Origin: an uncultured delta proteobacterium
Lineage (GTDB): Bacteria; Desulfobacterota; Binatia; UBA9968
Length of the DNA: 64,000 bases
Direction of reading: 5' to 3'
NCBI GenBank assembly: GCA_963728565.1
Contig: CAVSLC010000004.1
Coordinates: 1-64,000, forward strand
Position 1 is the first letter of the stretch. Each line of letters begins with the position of its first letter. The notes beneath the pieces are model-generated. The model worked only from the letters and a program-made list of their open reading frames with translations, made no database searches and was not told where the DNA came from. The position numbers were made by a program, and so were the translations under genes. Shown piece after piece: positions 19,383 through 31,825 of this stretch.

Positions 19383-22032
19383 TGACTGGAAACGACATTC
19401 GCAGATCCTTCTTGGAGTATTTCACACAGACAGTCTCATACGATTGTGAAGAGTTCTTCGTCTGGTGCCGGACAAAGACCCGACCTTGCTCTTTACCAAC
19501 GCCGGCATGGTGCAATTTAAGAACGTTTTTCTTGGCCAGGAACGGCTGCCCTACTCGCGCGCCGCAAGCTCTCAGAAGTGTTTGCGCATCAGCGGCAAAC
19601 ACAACGATCTGGAGGCGGTCGGCAGGGATACCTACCATCACACGTTCTTTGAGATGTTGGGCAACTGGTCCTTCGGCGACTATTACAAAGCCGAAGCGAT
19701 TGAATGGGCCTGGGAGCTGCTCACCCGAGAGTGGAGTTTGCCCAAAGAGAAGCTCTGGGCGACGGTCTATCTCGACGACGATGAAGCTGAGCGTCTGTGG
19801 GCCAGAATCAGCGGGCTGCCGGCTGAGCGCATTCGGCGCTTCGGGGAGAAGGAAAACTTTTGGGAGATGGGCGAGACCGGGCCCTGCGGGCCCTGTAGCG
19901 AGATCCACCTCGACCGCGGACCTGAAGCGTGCGACAGGAAGGGCCTGGTAGGCCACGTCTGCCAAGTCAATGGCGATTGCGCCCGATACATCGAGCTCTG
20001 GAATCTTGTTTTTATTCAGTACAACCGAAAAGACAACCGTGAGCTGGAAGAGCTGCCGTCAAAACACGTTGATACCGGCATGGGCTTGGAACGCATTACG
20101 GCGGTGCTGCAAAACGTGCTGTCGAATTACGACATCGACTACATGCGCGAGCTAACGGCGGCGGTTGAAAACCTGACCGGGAAACGTTATGGCGCCGATG
20201 CCGCGGCCGATATTTCCTTCCGTGTAATCGACGACCACGCCAGAGCTGTCAGCTTTCTCATTGCCGATGGTGTGATGCCCAGCAACGAGGGGCGTGGCTA
20301 CGTCTTACGACGATTGCTTAGAAGGGCGGCGCGTCACGGCCGTCTGATCGGATTGAAGGAACCGTTTCTTTACCAGGTCGCGACCACCGTCGGAAAAGTG
20401 ATGGGCGAGGCCTATCCTGAGCTTCGAACTGAAGCACAGCGTATCCGTGAGATTATCCGCAATGAGGAAGAGCGCTTCAGTGAAACCTTGGAGAAGGGAC
20501 TGGTGATTCTCGAAGACGCCGCCGCAAAACTCAAACAGCAAGACCAGAAGACGCTGCCAGGCGACGTTGCATTTCGCCTGTACGACACTTACGGTTTTCC
20601 ACTGGACCTGACCGAAGACATTCTTCGCACCGAGAATATTTCCGTCGATCAGCAAGGTTTCGAGAATCTCATGGAGACACAGCGTTCCCGCGGTCGCGAA
20701 GCCCGGACGATTGCGATCGACGTTTTTGACCAGGTTGCGGTTGCGGATGCGGTGACAGCGACTAAGTTCATCGGCTACGATCATCTCGAGGCAGAGTCGA
20801 CCGTCGTCGCCCTATATGCTAACGGAGCAAGTAGAACGGAAGCTGTGGAAGGCGATGTGATCGATCTACTCACGGCTGTGACGCCTTTCTATGGAGAATC
20901 CGGCGGTCAAGTTGGTGACCGGGGTACCATTAGCAGCGCGCGAGGCGATGTCATACAAGTGATGGATACCCAGCATCCAACGCCGCAACTCACAGTACAT
21001 CGGGGCCAAGTAAAGAGAGGCCGCATTCAACTCGGTGATAAAGTGCATTTGGAAGTCGATCAAAAAAATCGCCAGAAGACCAGATTGAACCACTCGGCGA
21101 CTCATATCCTTCATGCGGTGATGCGAGAGCAACTAGGCAGCCATGTGCGACAAGCCGGTTCTCTAGTGACGCCGGATCGGCTGCGTTTCGATTTTAACCA
21201 CACCGGTGCAATATCCGATGAGAAACTTGCCGATATCGAAACCACTGTCAACGACCGAATCCGGCAAGATGCGGCCGTCTCGATCGAGGAAACAAGTTTT
21301 GATAACGCGTTGCGTAAAGGCGCGTTAGCATTTTTTGGCGATAAGTACGGTGATCGGGTGCGGGTGGTAAAGATCGGCGATTTTTCCACCGAGTTATGCG
21401 GCGGCACGCACGTTCATCATTCCGGCCAAATAGGCATTTTCAAGCTTCACGCCGAGGCGGGTGTGGCGGCGGGGGTGCGACGAGTCGAAGCAGTCACCGG
21501 CGAAGGGGCGCTCGGCTTGATCCGACGCTACGAGGACGACTTAAAGCAAATCGGCCACATGCTGCGCGCCGGCGAAGACAGCGCCGTCGAGCGCGTCAGG
21601 AAACTGTTGCAGCAGCAAAAGGAGCTGGAAAAGGAGATCGATCGCCTACGCGCTCAACTTGGCAAGAACCAGATTCCGGACATTTTGGCCAGAAAAGAAA
21701 AAATCAATGGCATCGACGTCTTAATCAGCTGCGTTGACGGAGTCGATCCCAAGCAATTGCGGGAGCTTGCCGATCAACTCAAAGAACAGATGCCCGACGG
21801 TTTTATATTTCTCGCCAGCCAAGGAGACAATGGAGTAAATCTTGTGGCGAGCACGAGCACCGATCTTGCCAAGCGGATCCATGCGGGAAACATAATCAAA
21901 GAAGTCGCGCCCATCGTCGGTGGTGGCGGCGGCGGCCGGCCTGATTTCGCTCAAGCTGGCGGCAAGAATCCAGCGCGAACAGACGAAGCCTTGGCTGAGG
22001 TTAAGAAAATCGTCAGCGCAAAGCTGTCTTGA
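19379..22032 (+). CDS. alaS: alanine--tRNA ligase; two +1 frameshifts at ~19427 and ~19460
   Basis: MTGNDIRRSFLEYF / HTIVKSSS / LVPDKDPTLLFTNAGM lie in three successive frames; HHTFFEMLGN, NHSATH, ELCGGTH, GGGGGRPDFAQAGG. Confidence 0.97.
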
Positions 22033-22457
22033 TGAAAGTAAACACTTCAAAGCTCACTGAGACCACCCAGGGTTTTTGCGACATCATCGATATTACCGCC
22101 AAAGTGACAGCGCAGGTCCGGAACGCCGAGATCAAGGACGGCTTAGTTGCTCTTTTCGTCACGGGCTCGACTGCTGCTCTCACTACCATCGAACATGAGC
22201 CAGGACTCGTTCAAGACCTCAAAGAGCTCGTCGAAAAATTGATTCCGTCCGACAGCCGCTATCATCATGATGATCGATGGGGCGACGATAATGGATTTTC
22301 TCATCTGAGAGCGTCACTGTTTGGACCTTCACTGCAGATTCCCATCGTACACGGCCGCCTGGCTCTCGGAACGTGGCAACAAATTATTCTTCTTGATTTC
22401 GATAACCGGCCACGAACAAGGGAGATCGTCGTCCAGCTCATAGGAGGTAGGGAGTGA
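22032..22457 (+). CDS. yjbQ: YjbQ/UPF0047 secondary thiamine-phosphate synthase family
   Basis: GSTAALT, DNGFSHLRASLFGPS, LGTWQQI..DFDNRPRTR. Confidence 0.9.
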   Translation: MKVNTSKLTETTQGFCDIIDITAKVTAQVRNAEIKDGLVALFVTGSTAALTTIEHEPGLVQDLKELVEKLIPSDSRYHHDDRWGDDNGFSHLRASLFGPSLQIPIVHGRLALGTWQQIILLDFDNRPRTREIVVQLIGGRE

Positions 22458-23479
22458 AAGACGAGAAGAACAGATTGCTGACTAGTGCGCTACCAAAAGA
22501 AAACGCACACTTGGAACTTAACGATCCACGCCTGTTCCGCGATCTCTTAGGCCAACATGATCAGCATATCAAGATTCTGCAGCAGGCCTTGGATGTGAGA
22601 ATTCGGGTGCGCGGCTCGTCCCTCGAAATCGAAGGCGACCCTCTCCAAGTGGAGCTTGCCGGCCAGATTATCCGTCAGCTGTACGGGCTATTGGAAAAAG
22701 GCTATCCGGTCTATCCCAGCGATGTCGACTATGCCATTCGCATTCTGAGCGGCGACAGCAGGGCTAAACTACAGGATATATTCCTCGACACCATCTATAT
22801 CTCAGCGCACAAGCGGACGATCACTCCGAAAAGCATCGCGCAAAAGGCTTACATCGATGCAATTCGCCGCTATGACATCGTATTCGGGATCGGACCTGCA
22901 GGTACTGGCAAAACTTATTTAGCCATGGCTATGGCGGTTGCCGAGTTGATGAAAAACAATTTTGTGCGCATCATTCTCACTCGCCCGGCGGTGGAGGCCG
23001 GCGAGAAGTTAGGTTTTCTGCCCGGCGATTTAGCCGAGAAAGTCAATCCGTATCTGCGACCGCTGTATGATGCGCTGCATGACATGGTGGATTTCGATCG
23101 CGCGCGGAAATTGGTCGAGCGCGGCACCATCGAGGTTGCGCCGCTCGCCTTCATGCGAGGACGGACATTGAACGATTCCTTCGTAATCCTCGATGAAGCG
23201 CAGAACACAACCCCCGAACAGATGAAGATGTTTCTCACGCGCCTGGGCTATGGCTCGAAGGCGGTCATCACCGGCGATGCGACACAAATCGATTTACCTG
23301 CCGGAAAAGCTTCGGGACTTAAGGAGGCTTTTCGCATTCTCAGAGGGGTACACGGCATTCGCTTCGTCAACTTCACCGAAAAGGATGTTGCCCGTCATCA
23401 TTTGGTGCAAGAGATCATCACCGCCTACGAGCGCGATGAAAACCAGATTGCCTCGGCCGATCGTGCTGATAAGAGATAA
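22454..23479 (+). CDS. phoH: PhoH-family ATPase with N-terminal KH-like region
   Basis: GPAGTGKT, RPAVEAGEKLGFLPGDL, APLAFMRGRT, DEAQN. Confidence 0.95.
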   Translation: MKDEKNRLLTSALPKENAHLELNDPRLFRDLLGQHDQHIKILQQALDVRIRVRGSSLEIEGDPLQVELAGQIIRQLYGLLEKGYPVYPSDVDYAIRILSGDSRAKLQDIFLDTIYISAHKRTITPKSIAQKAYIDAIRRYDIVFGIGPAGTGKTYLAMAMAVAELMKNNFVRIILTRPAVEAGEKLGFLPGDLAEKVNPYLRPLYDALHDMVDFDRARKLVERGTIEVAPLAFMRGRTLNDSFVILDEAQNTTPEQMKMFLTRLGYGSKAVITGDATQIDLPAGKASGLKEAFRILRGVHGIRFVNFTEKDVARHHLVQEIITAYERDENQIASADRADKR

Positions 23480-23520
23480 CGCAAAGCTTCTGCATGATTG
23501 CGGCAAACGTAGGGGTTGCA

Positions 23521-24654
23521 CTACTGAACTGCTTCGAGTGTTACTTTCGTCTGTACGGTTTTACCATCGCGCAGCAGCGCCACAGTCACGACATCGCCGA
23601 CCTGGTGATCTTCCAGGATGAGAAAGAGGTCATTGGGTGACTCCACCTTTTTACCTTCAATAGCAGTAATCACGTCGCCGAGAATCACCCGTCCCGAGCT
23701 CTCACGCCGGGTCGGCCGAATTCCTGCTTTGGCCGCCGGACCGCCACGCATCACATCGACGATCAAAACCCCGTTGATTCCTATTTTCTTGGCGATCTGT
23801 TCTTCGGCCAATTCGATTCCCAGGCCAGGCCTGATGATCTTTCCACTGCGAATCAACTCCGGCACGATCCGATTAACCGTGTCGACTGGAATGGCAAAGC
23901 CGATACCCGCCGAAGCTCCCGTCGGGCTATAAATCTGCGTGTTGACGCCAATCAAACGTCCCGCGCTGTCGAGCAACGGACCGCCGGAGTTTCCCGGATT
24001 GATCGCTGCGTCGGTTTGAATGACCCCTTGTATGGGGCGGCGGGTCACCGAATCGATTTCGCGGCCGAGCGCGCTGATCACGCCCGTGGTCAATGATTGG
24101 TCCAGACCGAAAGGGTTGCCGATGGCAAAGACGCTCTGGCCAACTTGTAATTCCTTGGATGATCCCAGTGGAATCGGACGCAGCCGATTAGGCGGAGCAT
24201 CGATTCGCAGAACCGCTAGATCCTTATCGGCAGCAACACCGACGACCTGAGCCTTCCAATCGGATTGATCTCCTAAAGTCACCCGGGCTGCAGCGGCATT
24301 TTGAATAACGTGAAAATTGGTGATGATGTTGCCTTTGGTATCCCAAACAAATCCGGAACCGGTCCCTTGCGGTATCTGGTAAAGATTCAACGTAAACAGA
24401 TCCCGTTGAACTCCGATAGCGGTGATGTTGACCACCGCCGGCGAAGCTTGTCTAAATAGCCCAATGGTCGACCTTTCATCGGGCCAAAGCTCTCCGCGTG
24501 GCGAGACTGCACGCGGAGCCGCCTTGGGATCATTTAAGGTGGCGCTATCAAGCCACGGTTGTTGCCCCAATACAAACGTCACTAACGCAATCGAAATTGC
24601 GGCCGCAATGGGCGCCCAATGGGAGAGCCTGGCCTTGGGAAAATTATTGTCCAT
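23521..24654 (-). CDS. HtrA/DegP-like serine protease with one PDZ domain
   Basis: GTGSGF, TNFHVI, DLAVL, QTDAAINPGNSGGPL. Confidence 0.95.
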   Translation of the reverse strand: MDNNFPKARLSHWAPIAAAISIALVTFVLGQQPWLDSATLNDPKAAPRAVSPRGELWPDERSTIGLFRQASPAVVNITAIGVQRDLFTLNLYQIPQGTGSGFVWDTKGNIITNFHVIQNAAAARVTLGDQSDWKAQVVGVAADKDLAVLRIDAPPNRLRPIPLGSSKELQVGQSVFAIGNPFGLDQSLTTGVISALGREIDSVTRRPIQGVIQTDAAINPGNSGGPLLDSAGRLIGVNTQIYSPTGASAGIGFAIPVDTVNRIVPELIRSGKIIRPGLGIELAEEQIAKKIGINGVLIVDVMRGGPAAKAGIRPTRRESSGRVILGDVITAIEGKKVESPNDLFLILEDHQVGDVVTVALLRDGKTVQTKVTLEAVQ

Positions 24655-24715
24655 CTGCAGTCCTTTTGATCTGTGAAACTTCGATTTTATCTGTGTAGTT
24701 TTCGATCAACCGCTA

Positions 24716-24777
24716 AACCTAGGGACGGGTGAAGGTATTGTCAAGCGATTGACTCGTCGATGTCCCATGCTTAGGTT
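24716..24777. promoter_or_regulatory. back-to-back sigma70-type promoters for htrA (-) and hsp20 (+)
   Basis: Minus: TTGACA-N17-TAGGTT (24744-24716). Plus: TTGACT-N17-TAGGTT (24749-24777). Confidence 0.6.
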
Positions 24778-24818
24778 CGAGTCAGAAAATCTAACGCCGC
24801 CTGGAAGGAGGGGCAATC

Positions 24819-25265
24819 ATGGAATCGACAAGATGGGAACCTTATGAAGGACTGAACCGATTACAAGCTCGTATTCACGATCTATTCGATGAGAGTCTGA
24901 ATCGGGCTCGGTCATACCCGAACGCAGCTGGAGGATCGTGGCTACCCCCGGTGGATATCCTGGAGAGCAAGGAGGCCTATCTGATTCGGGCCGAACTTCC
25001 GGGGATGAAAAAAGAGAACTTCAATCTGGAATTCAATGATGGGACTTTGACCCTTAGCGGGGAGAGGAAATTCGACGAACCCGCTAACGGCGTAGAGTAC
25101 CATCGCGTCGAAAGAGTTTCCGGAAAGTTTTCGCGATCCTTCCACCTACCGCAAACCGTGAAGCCGGATGCGATTAGCGCCAATTATCGCGATGGCATAC
25201 TCGAAATACAGGTGCCTAAAGCGGATGAGGCAAAACCCCGCCAGATCGCCATCAATGTAAGCTGA
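24819..25265 (+). CDS. Hsp20/alpha-crystallin small heat-shock protein
   Basis: PPVDILE, AELPG, LSGERK, ERVSGKFSRSF.LP, A.YRDGILEI.VPK. Confidence 0.95.
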   Translation: MESTRWEPYEGLNRLQARIHDLFDESLNRARSYPNAAGGSWLPPVDILESKEAYLIRAELPGMKKENFNLEFNDGTLTLSGERKFDEPANGVEYHRVERVSGKFSRSFHLPQTVKPDAISANYRDGILEIQVPKADEAKPRQIAINVS

Positions 25266-25447
25266 AACCACCGCAGAGACCTGGGGGAAAGACGAAGCTC
25301 CTCCCAGGTCTTCGCCATTCTTCCTATTGACTGTGTTACCTGTCGCGTGAGCTTGCGGCTTCCGCGACGTGGCTAAACTTGACGCCCGTTTCCGCAGGAG
25401 CAACTTTCGTTTTTCCGCACTCATGTAAGTCTTCTCGATACAACATG

Positions 25448-25484
25448 AAAAAAGGGGCGTCCCGAAATTCGGGCGCCCCTTTTT
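25448..25484. terminator. bidirectional intrinsic terminator between hsp20 and groEL
   Basis: A6-GGGGCGTCCCG-loop-CGGGCGCCCC-T5. Confidence 0.8.
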
Positions 25485-25521
25485 CTTCACTTAGCCATTA
25501 TCGGTCTTAAGAAGCTCGCTC

Positions 25522-27159
<1,638 letters not shown>

Positions 27160-27450
27160 TTATTCGATTACACCGAGGATGTCATCTTCGCGCATGATCA
27201 GATGTTCCTCGCCATCGAGCTTGATTTCCGTGCCAGAATATTTACCAAAAAGAATCTTATCGCCTGGCTTCACTCCCAGGGGTATAACCTTGCCGTCATC
27301 CTGTCTACCAGGACCAGCGGCGACGACCTTTCCTTCCTGCGGCTTTTCCTTAGCCGTGTCCGGAATGATGATACCGCCCTTGGATTTCTCTTCCTCCTCA
27401 ATGCGCTTTACTATCACCCTATCATGTAGGGGACGAATCTTGGTTGCCAT
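27160..27450 (-). CDS. groES: co-chaperonin GroES
   Basis: [31 protein letters not shown]; AGGAGG RBS before ATG 27450. Confidence 0.98.
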   Translation of the reverse strand: MATKIRPLHDRVIVKRIEEEEKSKGGIIIPDTAKEKPQEGKVVAAGPGRQDDGKVIPLGVKPGDKILFGKYSGTEIKLDGEEHLIMREDDILGVIE

Positions 27451-27555
27451 CTTTCCTCCTGAAATAGCTGAATTTACGTGTCCCGAAGGGACATGTTGGT
27501 TGGCCAACAATTTAATCTCGCTTAGCGAATCGTCAAGGGGGTGAAAAGAAATTTT

Positions 27556-27936
27556 CTATTTACCTGATGCTTTAGGCGGATTCGCGATGCTCCTTATGTA
27601 GGCAAGTAAATCCTGCAGCTGATTGTCTTTCAAAACACCACCCCAAGCAGGCATAAAAGAAGACTTACCCACCGCCGCACCGCCTCTGGAGATGATAGCC
27701 ACAAGGAATTCGTCGGACAACGAGTTCATTAGCTTGCCATCGGTATGGTCCGCGGGCTTGACGGGAAGCACTTTCCCCGCCGCCCCATCGCCTCGTCCTT
27801 TATCTCCATGACAGCTCGAACAGTAGGTCATATAAAGCTTTTGCCCCTCTGCCGCACTCTGAGTCCGGCCCAAATCGGGCGCGGCTAGAGTGAGGGTGCT
27901 AAAAGTCAGACCTAAGATGCTGATTCGCTGCAACAT
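27556..27936 (-). CDS. periplasmic monoheme cytochrome c
   Basis: Signal peptide, CSSCH, distal Met in MPAW. Confidence 0.92.
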   Translation of the reverse strand: MLQRISILGLTFSTLTLAAPDLGRTQSAAEGQKLYMTYCSSCHGDKGRGDGAAGKVLPVKPADHTDGKLMNSLSDEFLVAIISRGGAAVGKSSFMPAWGGVLKDNQLQDLLAYIRSIANPPKASGK

Positions 27937-28109
27937 GAGCTGTCGACGAAGTAAACTTTCCTGATGTAGCAGATATGTGATCGAAACGGTAGAGGTTACA
28001 GCAAGAACCTATAGGACAGCCGTTCCGATCAGATATTTTCCTGGTTGTCGCTATAGCCGGAGTAGTGATAAGAGATTGGACTGAATACAGCGAAAAAGCG
28101 GAGGTGTTT

Positions 28110-28730
28110 ATGCTCAAGATTTGGGGCCGCACAGACTCCTCGAATGTGCAAAAAGTGCTCTGGTGTTGCGGTGAGCTCGATTTGGAATTTAACCGGATAG
28201 ACTGGGGTGGAAAATTCGGCGGTAATAAAGAGCAAGCATATCGGGATTTGAACCCTAACGGCTTAGTGCCGACCATACAAGACGGCGACTTTGTTCTTTG
28301 GGAGTCCAACTCGATTATGCGCTATCTAGTCGAAAAATACGGGCACGGAAGACTCCTGCCATCGACACCGGAAGGCCGCGCCAACGCCAATCGGTGGATG
28401 GACTGGCAGCTTTCCACATTCAATCCGATCATCGTACCGCTTTTTTTTGCGACCATTCGAACGCCGGCGGACAAACGCGACCCTACAGCAATTGAATCTG
28501 CCTTAGACAAGAGCGCTCAAGCATGGCAGATCGTTGAGAACCAGTTGGAGGGAAATAAATATTTAGCCGGCGACGAATTCTCGATCGGTGATATCCCTCT
28601 AGGGGTTTGGGCGCATCGTTGGTTTAACCTGCCCATTGAACGGCCGAAACAGAAAAATCTCACCGCTTGGTATGAACGATTAACCCAGCGCAAACCCTAC
28701 CAACGCCATATTATGATTCCGATAACGTGA
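28110..28730 (+). CDS. glutathione S-transferase (GstB-like)
   Basis: MLKIWGR..SSNVQKV, NPNGLVPT, WESNSI; GGAGGT RBS before ATG 28110. Confidence 0.93.
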   Translation: MLKIWGRTDSSNVQKVLWCCGELDLEFNRIDWGGKFGGNKEQAYRDLNPNGLVPTIQDGDFVLWESNSIMRYLVEKYGHGRLLPSTPEGRANANRWMDWQLSTFNPIIVPLFFATIRTPADKRDPTAIESALDKSAQAWQIVENQLEGNKYLAGDEFSIGDIPLGVWAHRWFNLPIERPKQKNLTAWYERLTQRKPYQRHIMIPIT

Positions 28731-28787
28731 CGCGCTGCCTCCAGTAATCCAATCCGAAGCAAAACGGCGCAAAAGACCATCTGTGTT

Positions 28788-30272
28788 TTACTTCACAAAG
28801 AAACGCAGTGATTGCGTGGTGTATTGGCTTAAAGGCGAGAAATAGATTCCCAAAATAACGGTTAGAACCGCCAACGGTACCATCAAAGTGAAGTTGTGGC
28901 CGGCAATGGCGACTACTTTATCGCCCGGATCGGGAGTATCCAAAAACATCACCTTGACGACCTTGGCATAGTAGTAGAGGGAGATGACGCTGTTCGCTAC
29001 CGCCACCAACGCCAGAATTATAAAAGTTCCGCCTTCTTTCAAAACCGCGGCGAATAGAAAAAATTTGCCGATAAATCCCGCAAACGGCGGCAAACCGGTC
29101 AGAGAAAACAGGAAAATGGAAAAGCAAACTGCCGGCACGACCGCGCCGCGCCAAGCTAGCCCACGATAGCCATCAATGTCTTCGCTGCCGGTATGATTAG
29201 CCACCATGCCAACCACTAGGAACGCGCCGACATTCATAATCAGATAGACAACGATGTAGAACAGGATGGCGCTGAGGCCGTCATTAGTCAGTATCGCCAA
29301 TCCCATGAGCATATAGCCGGCATGCGCGATGCCCGAATAGGCCAGCATGCGCTTTAAGTTTCTTTGATTAAGAGCGCACAGATTGCCCACCGTCATGGTG
29401 ATCATGCTGGCGAACAACAGGATCTGAGGCCACTCAACGCCCGGTAAAAACGCCCAGTCGCCAGCGGCTGAAACGGCGGAGATGCCGGGGTAAAAAAATC
29501 GGATCAAGATCGCCAGGCCTGCGGCGTTAGAGGCCACCGAAAGAAACGCCGTAAACGGTGTCGGCGCGCCTTGGTAAACATCCGGCGACCACATGTGAAA
29601 GGGCACGAAAACAATTTTGTATCCGAAGCCGGCAAATACGAACATGAAGGCCATGAACAAGCCAGCCTTATTCAACTCGGTTTTTGCCAGCACCTGTTGA
29701 ATCGCCGCATAGTCGAGGCTGCCGGTCATTCCGAAGATCCAGCTCATGCCGTAAATCATCGTTCCTGAAGCGACGCCGCCGTAGATCAGATATTTTAGCG
29801 CGGCCTCGCTCGAGCGGCGGTTTCTCGGTAAAAAGCCGGTGAGAACGTAAGAGGTTAAACTTACCAATTCGAGCGATAGGTAGGCGGTCAGAAGATTACT
29901 TGATGAGGCCATGAAAAAAATACCCAGAGCGCATGTCAATAGGAGGGTATAATATTCACCCTGATAAACCTGCTTGATCTCGGCGCTGCCGAGCGACATC
30001 CAGATTGCGCAAATCGCCGCCAGCAGAGTGACTATTTTGAAAAAAAGGCTGAAATTGTCGAGCACAACCATGCGATGGAAGAGCCAGCCCTGCGGCGCGG
30101 TATAAAGATCAAACGCAGACAACAACGACGCTACGCACCCGATAATGGCTACTACCGCTAGATTACGCTTGTTGCGAATAAACAAGTCCAGAACGATAAG
30201 CAATATGATAGTTCCCGTGAGGATCAGCTCCGGGCCAGAAAAATTCAGACTCTCTAAGTTGTTCAGATCCAT
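28788..30272 (-). CDS. nuoN: NADH-quinone oxidoreductase subunit N
   Basis: EAALKY, PFHMWSPDVYQGAPTP, KRMLAYS; operon position. Confidence 0.95.
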   Translation of the reverse strand: MDLNNLESLNFSGPELILTGTIILLIVLDLFIRNKRNLAVVAIIGCVASLLSAFDLYTAPQGWLFHRMVVLDNFSLFFKIVTLLAAICAIWMSLGSAEIKQVYQGEYYTLLLTCALGIFFMASSSNLLTAYLSLELVSLTSYVLTGFLPRNRRSSEAALKYLIYGGVASGTMIYGMSWIFGMTGSLDYAAIQQVLAKTELNKAGLFMAFMFVFAGFGYKIVFVPFHMWSPDVYQGAPTPFTAFLSVASNAAGLAILIRFFYPGISAVSAAGDWAFLPGVEWPQILLFASMITMTVGNLCALNQRNLKRMLAYSGIAHAGYMLMGLAILTNDGLSAILFYIVVYLIMNVGAFLVVGMVANHTGSEDIDGYRGLAWRGAVVPAVCFSIFLFSLTGLPPFAGFIGKFFLFAAVLKEGGTFIILALVAVANSVISLYYYAKVVKVMFLDTPDPGDKVVAIAGHNFTLMVPLAVLTVILGIYFSPLSQYTTQSLRFFVK

Positions 30273-30278
30273 AGTCGG

Positions 30279-31802
30279 CTAAGAAGGCAGATGCGGAATG
30301 ACAATCTGGTTGATGTTGTCGAGCGAGGCGCGCAATAGATCCAGAACCACGCTCGGGTAAACTCCAACCAGAATAACAATGGCTCCAAGCGGGATTAAGG
30401 TGAATAATTCGCGGCTATTGACCTCCGGAAGCGCTATGTATTTTTCATTGACCGGGCCGAGATAAACACGCTGTATGGTCCATAGTAAATACCCCGCCGT
30501 AAGAATCACACCGGTAGCGCCGAGGATCGCCAGGATGGGATATTTCTGCCATGTGCCGAGCAAAACCAATACCTCCGAGATAAATCCGGAAAGCCCGGGC
30601 AAACCCATCGAAGCAAAAACCGCCAGCGCCGTAACCCCTGTGTACAGAGGCATCACCGCGGCCAGACCGCCAAAACCTTCGATATCGCGATGGTGCGCCC
30701 GATCGTAGATGACTCCCACCAGAAGGAAGAGCATGGCAGTAATTGTGCCGTGATTGAACATCTGCAACACCGCGCCGTTGATTCCTTGAGTGGTAAAACT
30801 CGCCATGCCGAGCATCACGTATCCCATATGGCTGACGCTGGAATAGGCGACCAATTTCTTGAGATCGGTCTGCGCCATAGCGCACAGCGCGCCGTATATG
30901 ATATTCCACGCCCCGAGCGCGCCCAGGAGCCAATAAGCCATATCGGCCGTTGCTACCGGCATCATCGGGTAGTTGATTCGGAGAATCCCGTAGGTGCCCA
31001 TTTTGAGAAGCACGCCTGCGAGAATGACCGATATCGCCGTCGGCGCCTCGACGTGCGCGTCAGGAAGCCAGGTGTGAAATGGAAAAGCCGGTATCTTGAT
31101 GGCAAAGCCGATAAACAAGGCAATCCAAACTACGTGCTGGAAGCCCCAACGCAACTCAGTGAACGGCCAAAAGGGAAGAATTTGCGTGCTGTAGGTGTTG
31201 GCCTGCGCCATCATCACCGTCATATCGAAAGTGTTCGGATTGGTATTAAAATAGAGGGCCAACATCGCCAGCAACATGAGCACGCTGCCAAAAAGGGTGT
31301 AAAGAAAAAACTTGATGGCGGCATACTCACGCCGCGGCCCGCCCCATATGCCAATCAGGAAGTACATAGGTAACAACATGACTTCCCAGAAAATGTAGAA
31401 AAGAAAAAAGTCCAGAGCAGCGAAAACGCCCATCATTCCCGCTTCGAGCATGAGGAAAAGCGCGAAGTATCCTTTCACGCCTCGATCGATGCCAAACGAC
31501 GCAAAGATACACAGGAAGCTCAGCAGAGCCGTCAGCAGAATCATAGAAATGCTGAGACCATCGACACCGACGAAGTATTGGATGTTGTAAGCCGGGATCC
31601 ATGGCAGCTTCTGAACAAACTGAAATCCGCTTTGGGTGGTGTCAAAGTTGGCGTATAGCCAGCAGCCCATCAGCAAGGGCGGCACAGTCGCTGCCGCCGA
31701 AACCCAGCGAATCAAATTGTATCCCTTGCTCGGCAGCAACAGCACGACGACCGCTCCGGCGAGAGGAATGAAAATCATGTACGTGAGAACGCTCTGTTCC
31801 AT
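30279..31802 (-). CDS. nuoM: NADH-quinone oxidoreductase subunit M
   Basis: FWEVMLLPM, PFHTWLPDAHVEAPT, LLKMG. Confidence 0.96.
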   Translation of the reverse strand: MEQSVLTYMIFIPLAGAVVVLLLPSKGYNLIRWVSAAATVPPLLMGCWLYANFDTTQSGFQFVQKLPWIPAYNIQYFVGVDGLSISMILLTALLSFLCIFASFGIDRGVKGYFALFLMLEAGMMGVFAALDFFLFYIFWEVMLLPMYFLIGIWGGPRREYAAIKFFLYTLFGSVLMLLAMLALYFNTNPNTFDMTVMMAQANTYSTQILPFWPFTELRWGFQHVVWIALFIGFAIKIPAFPFHTWLPDAHVEAPTAISVILAGVLLKMGTYGILRINYPMMPVATADMAYWLLGALGAWNIIYGALCAMAQTDLKKLVAYSSVSHMGYVMLGMASFTTQGINGAVLQMFNHGTITAMLFLLVGVIYDRAHHRDIEGFGGLAAVMPLYTGVTALAVFASMGLPGLSGFISEVLVLLGTWQKYPILAILGATGVILTAGYLLWTIQRVYLGPVNEKYIALPEVNSRELFTLIPLGAIVILVGVYPSVVLDLLRASLDNINQIVIPHLPS

Positions 31803-31825
31803 CTTCTACATTCTCCAGTTAAAAC

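Noticed and set aside
19379-19465. Programmed frameshifting or pseudogenisation of alaS (and cinA, VWA, VKOR)
   Set aside because: Two insertions within 40 nt of an essential gene, no shared slippery site and regional clustering favour sequencing error.
25146-25490. 114-aa minus-strand ORF and hairpins between hsp20 and groEL
   Set aside because: The ORF crosses the terminator and overlaps hsp20 antisense; the hairpins are explicable as 3'-UTR structure.
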